Positions 28,604 through 38,358 of a DNA stretch of 52,002 nt are shown here, piece after piece; positions within the stretch are counted from its first letter, which is position 1, and each line of letters opens with the position of its first letter. The notes under the pieces were generated by a model. The model did no database searches. It was not told the origin of the DNA and worked only from the letters and a program-made list of their open reading frames with translations. Origin of the DNA: a virus (Duplodnaviria; Caudoviricetes); the IMG/VR virus record IMGVR_UViG_3300033998_000186, positions 1-52,002 of that record; one strand, given 5' to 3'. A program made the translations under genes and the position numbers.

Positions 28604-28924
28604 ATGGATATTATTGATTTTAACAAGGTGACACGGGAACAGGTGCAACGGTGTTTAGAGACTTTGGTTATAAAGGGGCGCGAATACGCGCCCGGCCAAG
28701 ACCGGCTGGAGCAGTTTAAGGCGTCGGCCGAAAGTTTAGGCGTCACGCCTAAGCTGGCTTTATGGAGCATGCTTACAAAACATCTTACATCGTTAATGCT
28801 GATGTGCAAAAACGATGTGCGGGATGTCGATATGTGGACCGAAAAAATTACTGACGCTATTAATTATTTGCTATTATTAAACGCTTTAGTACAGGAGGAA
28901 GAAAATGAGAAACATACAAATTGA
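28604..28924 (+). CDS. Hypothetical alpha-helical protein, possibly NTP-pyrophosphatase-like
   Basis: KGREYA...DRL..F...KH...EKITDAINYLLLL pattern; located in the nucleotide-metabolism cluster. Confidence 0.5.
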   Translation: MDIIDFNKVTREQVQRCLETLVIKGREYAPGQDRLEQFKASAESLGVTPKLALWSMLTKHLTSLMLMCKNDVRDVDMWTEKITDAINYLLLLNALVQEEENEKHTN

Positions 28925-29666
28925 AGTATTAAATCCCGGCGCCGTTGCCGAAGCTGAAAAAATGATGGTATGCGTGGCCAGATTAACGCAGTCTGGCCAA
29001 AAGATTAAAACACTAGATGACTTTTTGGCTTTATATAATGCGCCGTATTCTGAGAAAACTATTAAGCGGATGGCTGATTTACCACATCCCACAATACAAA
29101 AGTTCGGCGCAATAAATATTGTGGTTGTAGGGGCAAGCCGCCGTTTTTTGGCGCAGATTACGCGACACCAAAACGAGGTTAAATTTATGTCGGCGTCGCT
29201 GCAATACAGCGATTATTCCAATGATGCTGATTTTGTAATTCCGTATACATTTATTGAGCAGCATAAAGAGCAGCAATATTTGGACACCTGCCAAAAAGCA
29301 ATGGCGGCGTATCAGCAAGCAATAAAAACCGGTATTGATAACGACGCCGCTGGCTATATGGCGCCGCAGGGGCTGCGCAATGTTTTGGTTATCAGCGCGA
29401 CACCATACCAATGGAAACATATGATTAGCCAAAGAACATGCCGGCGTAACACTGAAGAAACTCGCTACGTTATGCTGCGCATTTGGCAAGAATTGAAAAA
29501 GCTAAGCCCGGCGCTATTCGCTAATTGCGGTCCTTTTTGCTTTGCTGGCAAATGCCAAGAAGGCATGATGTCGTGCGGCAAGCCGCGCCCGGGCGTAGGA
29601 CCAGAAGAGCTGATTAAAGCTGATTTCCCATTATTGGTAGAAGGAGGAAAAAATAATGAAGATTAA
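28905..29666 (+). CDS. thyX: FAD-dependent thymidylate synthase ThyX-like
   Basis: H.TIQKF, SRRFLAQITRHQ...SASLQY, A.YMAPQG, R.C.R...E.R. Confidence 0.75.
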   Translation: MRNIQIEVLNPGAVAEAEKMMVCVARLTQSGQKIKTLDDFLALYNAPYSEKTIKRMADLPHPTIQKFGAINIVVVGASRRFLAQITRHQNEVKFMSASLQYSDYSNDADFVIPYTFIEQHKEQQYLDTCQKAMAAYQQAIKTGIDNDAAGYMAPQGLRNVLVISATPYQWKHMISQRTCRRNTEETRYVMLRIWQELKKLSPALFANCGPFCFAGKCQEGMMSCGKPRPGVGPEELIKADFPLLVEGGKNNED

Positions 29667-30069
29667 GCTATTAAACCCAACAATTCCAAAAAGCTGGTAC
29701 CCTACCCAGAAAACCGACAACGCTGTCGGCGCGGATGTTTACGCCACACAGGAGCATGTATTTGCGCCCGGTGAAACATATCCCATGGGCTTGGGTTTTG
29801 GCTTGGAAATACCCCCGGGGTTTGCCGGTTTTATTTTTCCCAGAAGCAGTTGCAGCAAGAATGGCATTATATGCCAACTAGCGCCGATTGACCCGTATTA
29901 TTCCGGAGAAATACACGCTATAATTACCAATGTGAGCAGTAAAGAATATTACGTTAAAAAAGGCGACAGAATTGGACAGCTGGTAATTGTGCCGGTAATT
30001 ATTCCGGAATTTGTGGAAAACATAGATACATCGCGCGGTACCGGCGCTTTTGGGAGTACGGGAAAATGA
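29656..30069 (+). CDS. dut: Trimeric dUTPase
   Basis: GADV, PRSS, ID..Y.GEI, GDRIGQL, RGTGAFGSTG. Confidence 0.9.
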   Translation: MKIKLLNPTIPKSWYPTQKTDNAVGADVYATQEHVFAPGETYPMGLGFGLEIPPGFAGFIFPRSSCSKNGIICQLAPIDPYYSGEIHAIITNVSSKEYYVKKGDRIGQLVIVPVIIPEFVENIDTSRGTGAFGSTGK

Positions 30070-30473
30070 GACCAACAAAAGATGAATATTATCTTAATAT
30101 AGCAAGAGCTATAGCCGCAAGAAGCACTTGCCTGCGCCGCCAATATGGCGCGGTGATTGTGAATAATGATGAAATTATCGCGACGGGTTACAACGGCGCG
30201 CCCAGGGGCGAAGCCAACTGCTGCGATACCGGCATTTGTCGCCGGGATGCCAATTTGCCCCCGGTTGACCCAATGGCGGCAAAGCATGGCATGCAATATG
30301 ATTCTTGCGTTGCCGTGCATGCGGAACAAAACGCGATTATTTCCGCAAGCCGGGCGGAAATGCAGGGAGCCACATTATATTTGGCTAGTTTGGATGGCAA
30401 AACGGCGTATCCATGCAACATTTGCAATCGGATGATAAAAAACGCCGGTATTATTCGGGTATGTATAGGATAG
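30066..30473 (+). CDS. dCMP deaminase
   Basis: RSTCLRR.YGAVIV, TGYNG, HAEQNAI, PC..C. Confidence 0.92.
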   Translation: MRPTKDEYYLNIARAIAARSTCLRRQYGAVIVNNDEIIATGYNGAPRGEANCCDTGICRRDANLPPVDPMAAKHGMQYDSCVAVHAEQNAIISASRAEMQGATLYLASLDGKTAYPCNICNRMIKNAGIIRVCIG

Positions 30474-30607
30474 CGCGCCGGAATATCCCAGCGCGCTAGT
30501 ATCGGAGGAAAGATAGGAGAAACAGAAGATAGGAGAAACAGTATATATTTATTATACAGCAATATCAGTGAAAATAAAATTATTATTATATAAAAGAGGT
30601 GCTAAAA

Positions 30608-31429
30608 ATGACAGATAATATATCAGCCGCGCTTGATTATGTAGATAATTTGCATTGGGCAATTGTCCCGCTGCATTCGGTAATCAACGGCCGCTGCTCC
30701 TGCGGGAAAAGCGACTGCAAAAACCCTGGCAAACATCCGCTATTTATCAAGGGTTTGCTGGAGCACGGCTTGAAAGACGCCACTAATGACAAGGATTTTA
30801 TACAACGCTGCTGGCAAACATTTCCCAAAGCGAATATTGGTTTGCCTTGCAGACAAAACGGCATGTTTGTTTTAGATGTAGATAAAAAAAGCGGCGGGCT
30901 AGATAGCTTGCGACAGCTGGTTGCGCAATACGGCGAAATGCCAAACACAGTTACAGTGAATACCGGCGGCGGCGGTTTACATTATTATTTCCGATATCCG
31001 GAACATAGCCATTTAACGGATAAAATCAGTTTTCTGCCGGGGCTGGATATCAAGGTTAAAGGCTATGTAATTTTACCCCCATCGGCGCACATATCGGGCA
31101 AGCGGTATGAATGGCGTAGCAACCGGGGTCCTATGGATATCGCCGTTGCAGACGCGCCCGGCTGGCTGCTGGATTTAATCGCCGATACGGATGATTTTGC
31201 ATGGAAAACAGACATTGACTGGTGCAACGTGCTGGATGATTTACATGAGGGAACGCGCAATAACGGTTTATACAAATACGCCTGCCATTTGCTTGGACAC
31301 GGCTTATTGCCAACCGAGGTTATAAAGTTGGTAGAAGCGATAAATGCGGTTTATTGCAATCCCCCTTTAACTGAAAATGAAGTCAACACTTTATTAATCA
31401 GCGCGATAAAATGGAGGTATAATATATGA
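30608..31429 (+). CDS. Bifunctional primase/polymerase (Prim-Pol) with PriCT-like domain (start 30599 or 30608)
   Basis: CSCG...C..PGKHP, HGLKDAT, NIG, VLDVD, TGGGGLHYYF, GYVILPPS.H, EG.RN. Confidence 0.88.
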   Translation: MTDNISAALDYVDNLHWAIVPLHSVINGRCSCGKSDCKNPGKHPLFIKGLLEHGLKDATNDKDFIQRCWQTFPKANIGLPCRQNGMFVLDVDKKSGGLDSLRQLVAQYGEMPNTVTVNTGGGGLHYYFRYPEHSHLTDKISFLPGLDIKVKGYVILPPSAHISGKRYEWRSNRGPMDIAVADAPGWLLDLIADTDDFAWKTDIDWCNVLDDLHEGTRNNGLYKYACHLLGHGLLPTEVIKLVEAINAVYCNPPLTENEVNTLLISAIKWRYNI

Positions 31430-32865
31430 CAAAACAACAAATTGTGGATATCGCTAAAGCCGCCGAACAAAAAAAGAAGGAAAGCGGTAATAAAGCTCTA
31501 GGCGGCAGGCATTTAACAGATTTAGGAAATGCCGAATTGTTTGCGGCTATGTATGATAACCGGGTTAAATTCTGCCCAATTTGGAACAAGTGGCTCGTTT
31601 GGGACGGCGCGCGGTGGAAAATCGACGACATGAAAGCTGTGTATAACCTGGGCAAAGCGACCATACAGCAAATATACAGGGACGCCTTAGAGGAATTGGA
31701 TGATAACACCAGAAAGCAATTGATACGGCACGCGCTGGCGTCGGAATCATGCAGCCGTATTAACGCCATGCTGGAGCTCGCCAAAAGCGAGCCCAGCATT
31801 GCCGTCGCGCCGGAAATATTGGACAGCAAAGAAACAAATATGCTATTAAATGTAAAAAATGGTACAATAAATTTGAAAACAGGCGAATTACTGCCGGCTG
31901 ACCCGGAAAATCATATTACAAAAATAGCAGATGTAGAATACCAAGAAAATGCTAAGGCGCCATTATGGGAAGAGTTTTTAATGCAGGTTATGGATAATAA
32001 CACCGATTTAATAAACTTTTTACAGCGCGCTGTCGGCTATTCGCTAACCAGCGACGTATCAGAACAGTGCCTGTTTATTTGCTATGGAACTGGTGCAAAC
32101 GGTAAATCGGTATTTTTGCAAACGTTATTAAATCTGGTTGGTGAATATGGCCGTCAGGTATCAAAGGATTTATTGATTAAAAAGCCCAACGGTTCAGAAG
32201 AGCACCCAACGGTTATCGCCGAACTACTGGGGAAACGCGTAGCGGTTACAATTGAAGCCGATGAAGATAGCAAATTGAACGAAGCCAGCGTTAAATGGTT
32301 TACCGGCAATGATAAACTGTCCGCAAGATTTATGCGCGGCGATTATTTCGAATTCCTGCCGACACACAAACTATGGTTTGCCACAAACCATAAGCCGACC
32401 ATCCGGGGCACTGACAACGGTATTTGGCGCCGCATTAAGCTGATACCATTTAATGTTACAATCCCGGAAGAGAAACAAGATAAACAGCTGATAAACAAGC
32501 TGACAGCCGAATTGCCGGGCATTCTGGCTTGGGCTGTACAGGGATGTTTGCTTTGGCAGCAAGAAGGATTAATTACGCCGAAAGAAGTAATTAACGCAAC
32601 TAATAGCTATCGGGCTGAAATGGATGTTTTAGCAGATTTTTTAAGTCAGTGCACAGAAGCCGGCGGCCGTGTTTACACAGGAGATTTATACAATATTTAC
32701 GAATTATGGTGCCGCGAAAACGGCGAAGTCGCACTGTCGCAGAGGCAATTGGCTATCAGACTGCAAGAAAAGGGCTATACAAAAACACGGTCTAACGGCA
32801 AAAACTATTGGATTAATTTGCAGCCGCGAAGTGATTATAATGTAGCAGAACATTCACTTTTTTAG
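31426..32865 (+). CDS. D5/P4-family SF3 helicase (primase-associated)
   Basis: TDLGNAE, LN..NG, G.GANGKS, K..TG.D...AR, TNHKP, WRR. Confidence 0.92.
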   Translation: MTKQQIVDIAKAAEQKKKESGNKALGGRHLTDLGNAELFAAMYDNRVKFCPIWNKWLVWDGARWKIDDMKAVYNLGKATIQQIYRDALEELDDNTRKQLIRHALASESCSRINAMLELAKSEPSIAVAPEILDSKETNMLLNVKNGTINLKTGELLPADPENHITKIADVEYQENAKAPLWEEFLMQVMDNNTDLINFLQRAVGYSLTSDVSEQCLFICYGTGANGKSVFLQTLLNLVGEYGRQVSKDLLIKKPNGSEEHPTVIAELLGKRVAVTIEADEDSKLNEASVKWFTGNDKLSARFMRGDYFEFLPTHKLWFATNHKPTIRGTDNGIWRRIKLIPFNVTIPEEKQDKQLINKLTAELPGILAWAVQGCLLWQQEGLITPKEVINATNSYRAEMDVLADFLSQCTEAGGRVYTGDLYNIYELWCRENGEVALSQRQLAIRLQEKGYTKTRSNGKNYWINLQPRSDYNVAEHSLF

Positions 32866-32894
32866 AACAACCGGCGTTTTTATATTAAAAAGGG

Positions 32895-33030
32895 AGTGCT
32901 TAAGTGCTTATAAAGCTCAATTTTTCCTATAAGCGGATAACGTTATATTTTATATATATGTTATAGGAAAAATGATGCACTATGAGCACTTAAGCACTTA
33001 TAAAATTGGTATTATTAGCAAAACTTGGAT
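32895..33030. repeat. Palindromic element copy B; candidate replication origin
   Basis: Loop and right arm nearly identical to copy C; left arm shorter and diverged; AT-rich, directly after the helicase. Confidence 0.75.
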
Positions 33031-33079
33031 ACTATATATATTGACAAATTTTTAACAAGAGAAAATTGGAGGTTGTAGT

Positions 33080-33361
33080 ATGAAAGAAGTAGAATTTGAA
33101 CGGCAAATAACGACAAGGGTTAAAGCCGCCGGTGGCCGAGCATTTAAATGGATTTGTCCGGGCATGGTCGGCGCGCCGGACAGAATTATTGTTTTGCCGG
33201 GGGGCAAAATAATATTTGCGGAAATTAAGCGTCCGGGCAGAAAAAACGGGTTAAGCGCTAAGCAGAAAAAAGTAGCCGGCTTGCTTACGCAATTAGGCTG
33301 TACAGTGGTATGTATTAACGAAATAACAGAATTGGAGGAAATATTAAAAGATGGAATTTAA
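33080..33361 (+). CDS. VRR-NUC domain nuclease
   Basis: G.PDRI......FAEIK.PG....S..Q. Confidence 0.9.
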   Translation: MKEVEFERQITTRVKAAGGRAFKWICPGMVGAPDRIIVLPGGKIIFAEIKRPGRKNGLSAKQKKVAGLLTQLGCTVVCINEITELEEILKDGI

Positions 33362-34694
33362 GCCATATCCATATCAAACATACGCAATAAATTTTATCGT
33401 ACAACATCCCGCTGCCGGTCTTTTTCTCGATATGGGCATGGGCAAAAGCGTTATCACGCTGACGGCACTAAAAGAATTGCAGATTGATAAAGCGCTAGTT
33501 ATCGCGCCGCTGCGGCCGGCTAAAGAAGTTTGGCCGGCGGAAATACAAAAATGGGACCATCTGCAAGACTTGACATATTCGCTGGTATTGGGCGCCGAAG
33601 CAGAAAGGCTTAAAGCTTTGGAGCAAAAAGCGAATATATATATTATTAACCGTGAAAACGTTAAATGGCTAGTGGAGCATTACAAGCAAAAATGGCCGTT
33701 TGATTGCGTGGTTATTGATGAACTATCCAGCTTTAAATCTAGTAAAGCGCAAAGATTTAGAGCGTTAAAAGCTGTACGGAAATACATTACCCGCATAATT
33801 GGTTTGACCGGCACGCCGGCGCCCAATGGTTTGCTGGATTTGTGGAGCCAACTCTATTTATTGGACGAAGGAAAAGCGCTAGGCAGGACAAAAACAAGTT
33901 ATATAGAAAAATGGTTTTTACCGGACAAACGCAACGCTGTTACGATTTTTTCCTGGAAACCAAAACCCGGCGCCGAAGAAGAAATATATAGCCGGTTATC
34001 GTCTTGCTGCGTTAGCATGAAAGTTGCCGATTATATCCAGCTGCCTGAGCAGTTATATATAGAACATCTGGTAGAATTGCCTAAAGTCGTTAAAGACCAA
34101 TACAGGACGCTGGAATATGATATGTTATTACCATTTAAGGATGGCGATATCGACGCGCCCACCGCGGGGGTTTTAGTCAACAAGTTGCTGCAGCTGTGCG
34201 GCGGCGCGGTTTATGATGAAAATGGAAAAGTAAAAAGCTTTCATACAGAAAAACTTAAAGCGCTAGAGCAGTTGGTAGAAGAAGCGAATGAAAAACCGGT
34301 TTTAATTTATTATGCGTATAAACACGAACGGGATAGAATTTTACGGCTTTTTCCCAATGCTGTGGATCTTACACAGCCGGGCGCAATAGCCGCATGGAAC
34401 GCCGGGCAAATACCGATTTTATTGGCTCATCCGGCTAGCGCGGGGCATGGGCTGAATCTTCAGTTTGGCGGAAATATAATAATTTGGTATTCGCCTACTT
34501 GGAGCCTAGAATTGTACCAGCAAGCAAATAAACGATTGCATAGAATCGGGCAAAAAGAAACGGTATTGATTCACCATATTACAGTAAAAGGCGGTATAGA
34601 TTCAAGGATTTTTAATACCGTTTTACAGCAAAAAGAACAAAGGCAAGATTTGCTATTAGACGCATTGAAAGCAGAAATGGAGGAAATATTATGA
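33351..34694 (+). CDS. SNF2-family helicase
   Basis: DMGMGKS, IDELS, LTGTP, GHGLNLQ, Q...RLHR.GQ. Confidence 0.93.
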   Translation: MEFKPYPYQTYAINFIVQHPAAGLFLDMGMGKSVITLTALKELQIDKALVIAPLRPAKEVWPAEIQKWDHLQDLTYSLVLGAEAERLKALEQKANIYIINRENVKWLVEHYKQKWPFDCVVIDELSSFKSSKAQRFRALKAVRKYITRIIGLTGTPAPNGLLDLWSQLYLLDEGKALGRTKTSYIEKWFLPDKRNAVTIFSWKPKPGAEEEIYSRLSSCCVSMKVADYIQLPEQLYIEHLVELPKVVKDQYRTLEYDMLLPFKDGDIDAPTAGVLVNKLLQLCGGAVYDENGKVKSFHTEKLKALEQLVEEANEKPVLIYYAYKHERDRILRLFPNAVDLTQPGAIAAWNAGQIPILLAHPASAGHGLNLQFGGNIIIWYSPTWSLELYQQANKRLHRIGQKETVLIHHITVKGGIDSRIFNTVLQQKEQRQDLLLDALKAEMEEIL

Positions 34695-35251
34695 ACTGGA
34701 CAAGAGAAATGGATAAAAAATTAGAAGATCTTTTTAATCAAGGTTTGTCCGACGCTGAAATAAGTAAAGCGCTAAATGTGGCGGAATATGCCGTTAAAGC
34801 CGAACGGTCTAGGTTAAATTTAAAAAGGCATAGAGGTGTAAATATAGATAAAATAAAAAGTGCGCTTATTTTGGCGGAAGAAAAAGAGCCGCCGGAAATC
34901 GCGCAAGAACTGCATATAAGTACTTCATATGTATATATGATATTGCGGCTTTGGGAATTACAAGATGGCAAACCGGTTAAAAAGACAGAGCCGCATATTC
35001 CTGTTGTTACCGCCGACCGGGATTTTACGCCGACCACAGATATGCTTATTGTGCAGTTTTTATCTGAAGGGTATTCTACTAAGCAAATTGCTTATTATTT
35101 GCACCGGTCGAAGAAGTCGGTAGATGATTATATAGAAACGCATACTAAAGAGCTTAAAAGAGCGCACAATATTATGTGGCGGGAGCAAGGCGTATACTAC
35201 CGGAAATTAATTGCTGCTAAAAAACAATTTTCATTTTTTAAAGATATGTGA
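34691..35251 (+). CDS. Multi-HTH protein, putative late transcription regulator
   Basis: Three HTH-like segments (SDAEISKAL, EIAQELHIS, STKQIAYYL); last gene before terS. Confidence 0.6.
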   Translation: MNWTREMDKKLEDLFNQGLSDAEISKALNVAEYAVKAERSRLNLKRHRGVNIDKIKSALILAEEKEPPEIAQELHISTSYVYMILRLWELQDGKPVKKTEPHIPVVTADRDFTPTTDMLIVQFLSEGYSTKQIAYYLHRSKKSVDDYIETHTKELKRAHNIMWREQGVYYRKLIAAKKQFSFFKDM

Positions 35252-35261
35252 TATAATATAA
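35247..35261 (+). promoter_or_regulatory. Extended -10 promoter motif upstream of terS
   Basis: tgtgatataatataa, identical to 41060-41074. Confidence 0.55.
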
Positions 35262-35278
35262 AAAAGGCTTTATGAGAG

Positions 35279-35647
35279 GTGAGAAAATTGGCGAAGTTGA
35301 AGTTAACTCCTGAATTAATAGACAAAGCATGTGAATTACTATTAGATGGTAATTATGTAATTACCATTTGTAAATGCTTAGATATATCCCATGACGCTTG
35401 GTACCGATGGTTAAAGTTCGGTAAGGCTCAAAAAGAAGGAATTTATCACGATTTCTATGAAGCCGTTACGCGCGCGGAGAATGAAGCCGAAGCAAAAATG
35501 GTAGAATTATGGCGGCAGCATATGCCGAATGATTACCGCGCAATCAGGGATTTTATGGAACGGCGCTATCCCGAACGATGGGGGCGGCATGATAGAATGG
35601 ATTTAAATCATTCAGGCAATGTGGAGATAAAAGTTGAATGGCTATAA
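35279..35647 (+). CDS. Terminase small subunit
   Basis: KLTPE N-terminal HTH, ERRYPERWGR; overlaps terL. Confidence 0.8.
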   Translation: MRKLAKLKLTPELIDKACELLLDGNYVITICKCLDISHDAWYRWLKFGKAQKEGIYHDFYEAVTRAENEAEAKMVELWRQHMPNDYRAIRDFMERRYPERWGRHDRMDLNHSGNVEIKVEWL

Positions 35648-36840
35648 CAAAACCTAAGATGAACAAAGCATATAAGCCGCTTGTTGAAGATACGAACAGG
35701 TTTAAGGTTATTTATGGCGGCGCGGGTAGCGGCAAAAGCGTTTTTGTCGCGCAATGGTTTATATTGCTATGCTTGAAAGAGGTTGGGCACAAATTTTTAA
35801 TAGTCCGCAAAGTGGCAAACACTTTGCGGTATTCTACTTTTGCGCTGATAAAGCAGATTATAAGCGATTGGGAGTTAACTGCTTATTTTACAATAAATAA
35901 ATCAGACATGACTATTACTTGCGCAAATGGAAATCAGTTTTTATTTTTGGGCTTGGATGACGTTGAAAAATTAAAATCTATTGTGGGTATTACTGATATT
36001 TGGATTGAAGAAGCCAGCGAAATAACACAGAACGACTTTGAACAGATTAACTTGCGTTTGCGCGGAGAAACAAAAGTTAATAAGCAAATAGTATTGACAT
36101 TTAACCCGGTCGTTCAGGGGAAATGGCTAAAAGAATATTTTATTGACCGAGAGCAAGACAATGTAACGGTGCTCCAGACGACATACAAAGATAATAAGTT
36201 TTTAGACGAGGAATATATACAGGAATTGCAGGAGCTGCAGCAAAAAGATGCTTATTTTTACCAAGTTTACAGCCTGGGGGTTTGGGCAGAATTAGGCAAT
36301 ACAATTTATACCAATTATATTATTGAAGAGAACCCACTAGAAGATACCGCGTACAAGGCTATATACTATGGGCTTGACTTTGGTTTTAATGACCCGACGG
36401 CACTTTGCAAAATAGGTATTAAAGACGATGAAATTTATGTATTGGATGAACTGTATCAAACGCACCTTGATAATTCACAGCTAATTAAACTGTGCAAGGA
36501 GCGTGTTAATAAAACAAGATGGATAATAGCAGACAGCGCCGAGCCGGCTAGGATACAGGAGTTCAAAAAAGCGGGTTTTAAAATACGCGCTTGCACTAAA
36601 GACAAGGATAGCGTACGGTTTGGCATTGATTTTATAAAGCGCAGAAAATTGCATATACATCCGACATGCCAGAATTTTATAAATGAAATTCAAGCGTATA
36701 AATACCGCGAAGACCGGGCAGGCAATATACTGGATGAGCCGGTAGATGTAAACAACCATTTGATGGACGCATTGCGCTATGCGACAGAACTAATGCGCAA
36801 AGAGCGCAAGCCAGTAACTAGTAAACCGATAGGATGGTGA
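35638..36840 (+). CDS. Terminase large subunit, PBSX family
   Basis: GGAGSGKS, WIEEA, TFNP, GLDFGFNDP, NHLMDALRYA. Confidence 0.95.
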   Translation: MAITKPKMNKAYKPLVEDTNRFKVIYGGAGSGKSVFVAQWFILLCLKEVGHKFLIVRKVANTLRYSTFALIKQIISDWELTAYFTINKSDMTITCANGNQFLFLGLDDVEKLKSIVGITDIWIEEASEITQNDFEQINLRLRGETKVNKQIVLTFNPVVQGKWLKEYFIDREQDNVTVLQTTYKDNKFLDEEYIQELQELQQKDAYFYQVYSLGVWAELGNTIYTNYIIEENPLEDTAYKAIYYGLDFGFNDPTALCKIGIKDDEIYVLDELYQTHLDNSQLIKLCKERVNKTRWIIADSAEPARIQEFKKAGFKIRACTKDKDSVRFGIDFIKRRKLHIHPTCQNFINEIQAYKYREDRAGNILDEPVDVNNHLMDALRYATELMRKERKPVTSKPIGW

Positions 36841-36844
36841 TAAA

Positions 36845-38254
36845 ATGATAACAGATTTGAGCTTTTTAAGTCTTGGGCAAGATTGGCCGCCAAAAAGCGA
36901 AATAGACCGGCTGACTTTGTACGAAAATAACCGCCGGTTGTTTGAAGGCAAGCACGAGCAAGTATATAAAAACTGGGTGCGGTTATTGCGCGAAGATCAA
37001 AAAGCAACATTAGAAATTATTCTAAACTGGCCAAAAAGGTTATCGGCTTTATGGGCGGATTTATTATTTGGTGAGCCGCCAAAAATTACATGTGGCGATA
37101 CTAATAGCCCGGAACAGCAGACGCTGGAACGGCTGCTTGAAGATAACCAATTAATTAATATTGCATATGAAGTAGCTTTGGATATTTCGCGCTTTGGGAC
37201 TGGCATATTTAAAATACGTTACGATGGCCGGGCTATTATTGAAGGGCAACCGCCAATGCTATGGTTTCCAGTTGTCAAACCCGATAATATTAAAAATATA
37301 ACCGCGCATGTGCTGGCGTGGGTATGGGATGAAGAGCAAAGCGGGCTGTTTGGGCGTAAGAAAGTACAACATCTTAAAGCAGAAATACACGAAAAAGGAA
37401 AAATTACTACCGCGGAATTTATCGTTAAAGACGGCAAGATAGCACAGGAGATAAGCAGAGAAGAGCAGTTGACGGGTATTGATGATTTTCTTATCGTGCC
37501 GGTTAATAACTTGCTTACAACTGACCGAGTAAATGGGCTGGACGATTATTCCGATTTAGATAGTATTGTCCAAGAATTAGAAATACGTTTTGGCCAGATT
37601 AGCCGTATTCTAGATAAGCATGCAGACCCTAACATGTACGGCCCAGATACCGCGCTGGAAATTGACCCGGGCACAGGGGAAGTGGTTATGCGCGGCGGTG
37701 GTAAATATTTCCCAGTTGGGGAAGGTGAAGAACCTCCCGGCTATGTGACATGGGATGGGCAATTATCCGCCGCATTCAAAGAAATCGAAATATTGCTTGA
37801 CCAGTTCTATGCTATATCAGAAACCAGCGCCGCGGCTTTAGGACAGCTAAAACAAGGCTTGGCAGAAAGTGGTAGCGCGTTGCGCCGGCTAATGATGACG
37901 CCGCTGGCAAAAGTAAATCGGATTAGAATGCGGTTTGACCCGGCAATCAAGAAGGTTTTGCGGCTGGCCAGTGAATTGGAAGTTGCGCAGGGTATGGCGA
38001 AAGCTGTAAAATTAGAAAATATTAATATTGCCTGGCGCGATGGTTTGCCGGAAGACGAAATGGAGAAAACGCAGATATATGCGTTGCGGATACAAAACGG
38101 TTTGGCGTCAAGGGAAACGGCTTTGCAAAATCTGTATGAATATGATACTGAGACGCTGCAGCGAGAGCTCATGCAGATAACGGCTGAAGCAAACGCGGAG
38201 GTGCCAATGATATTCAGACCAGCGATAACGGGAGGAGGAGCAGCAAATGTATAA
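36845..38254 (+). CDS. Portal protein
   Basis: 469 aa after terL; ESGSALR, I.WRDGLP.D. Confidence 0.88.
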   Translation: MITDLSFLSLGQDWPPKSEIDRLTLYENNRRLFEGKHEQVYKNWVRLLREDQKATLEIILNWPKRLSALWADLLFGEPPKITCGDTNSPEQQTLERLLEDNQLINIAYEVALDISRFGTGIFKIRYDGRAIIEGQPPMLWFPVVKPDNIKNITAHVLAWVWDEEQSGLFGRKKVQHLKAEIHEKGKITTAEFIVKDGKIAQEISREEQLTGIDDFLIVPVNNLLTTDRVNGLDDYSDLDSIVQELEIRFGQISRILDKHADPNMYGPDTALEIDPGTGEVVMRGGGKYFPVGEGEEPPGYVTWDGQLSAAFKEIEILLDQFYAISETSAAALGQLKQGLAESGSALRRLMMTPLAKVNRIRMRFDPAIKKVLRLASELEVAQGMAKAVKLENINIAWRDGLPEDEMEKTQIYALRIQNGLASRETALQNLYEYDTETLQRELMQITAEANAEVPMIFRPAITGGGAANV

Positions 38255-38345
38255 TGAAGAAGTGTGCCCGGAATGCGGCGCGCCGATGATACCCGCTGGC
38301 GGCTGTGAGTATTGCCCAGTATGCGGATATTCGCCGTGTAAATAG
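38247..38345 (+). CDS. 32-aa zinc-ribbon peptide
   Basis: Manual translation MYNEEVCPECGAPMIPAGGCEYCPVCGYSPCK*; strong GGAGGAGGAG RBS. Confidence 0.65.
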   Translation: MYNEEVCPECGAPMIPAGGCEYCPVCGYSPCK

Positions 38346-38358
38346 GAGGATAAAGTAA

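Noticed and set aside
30510-30541. 16-bp tandem duplication aagataggagaaacag upstream of Prim-Pol
   Set aside because: Only two copies; most simply a local slippage duplication
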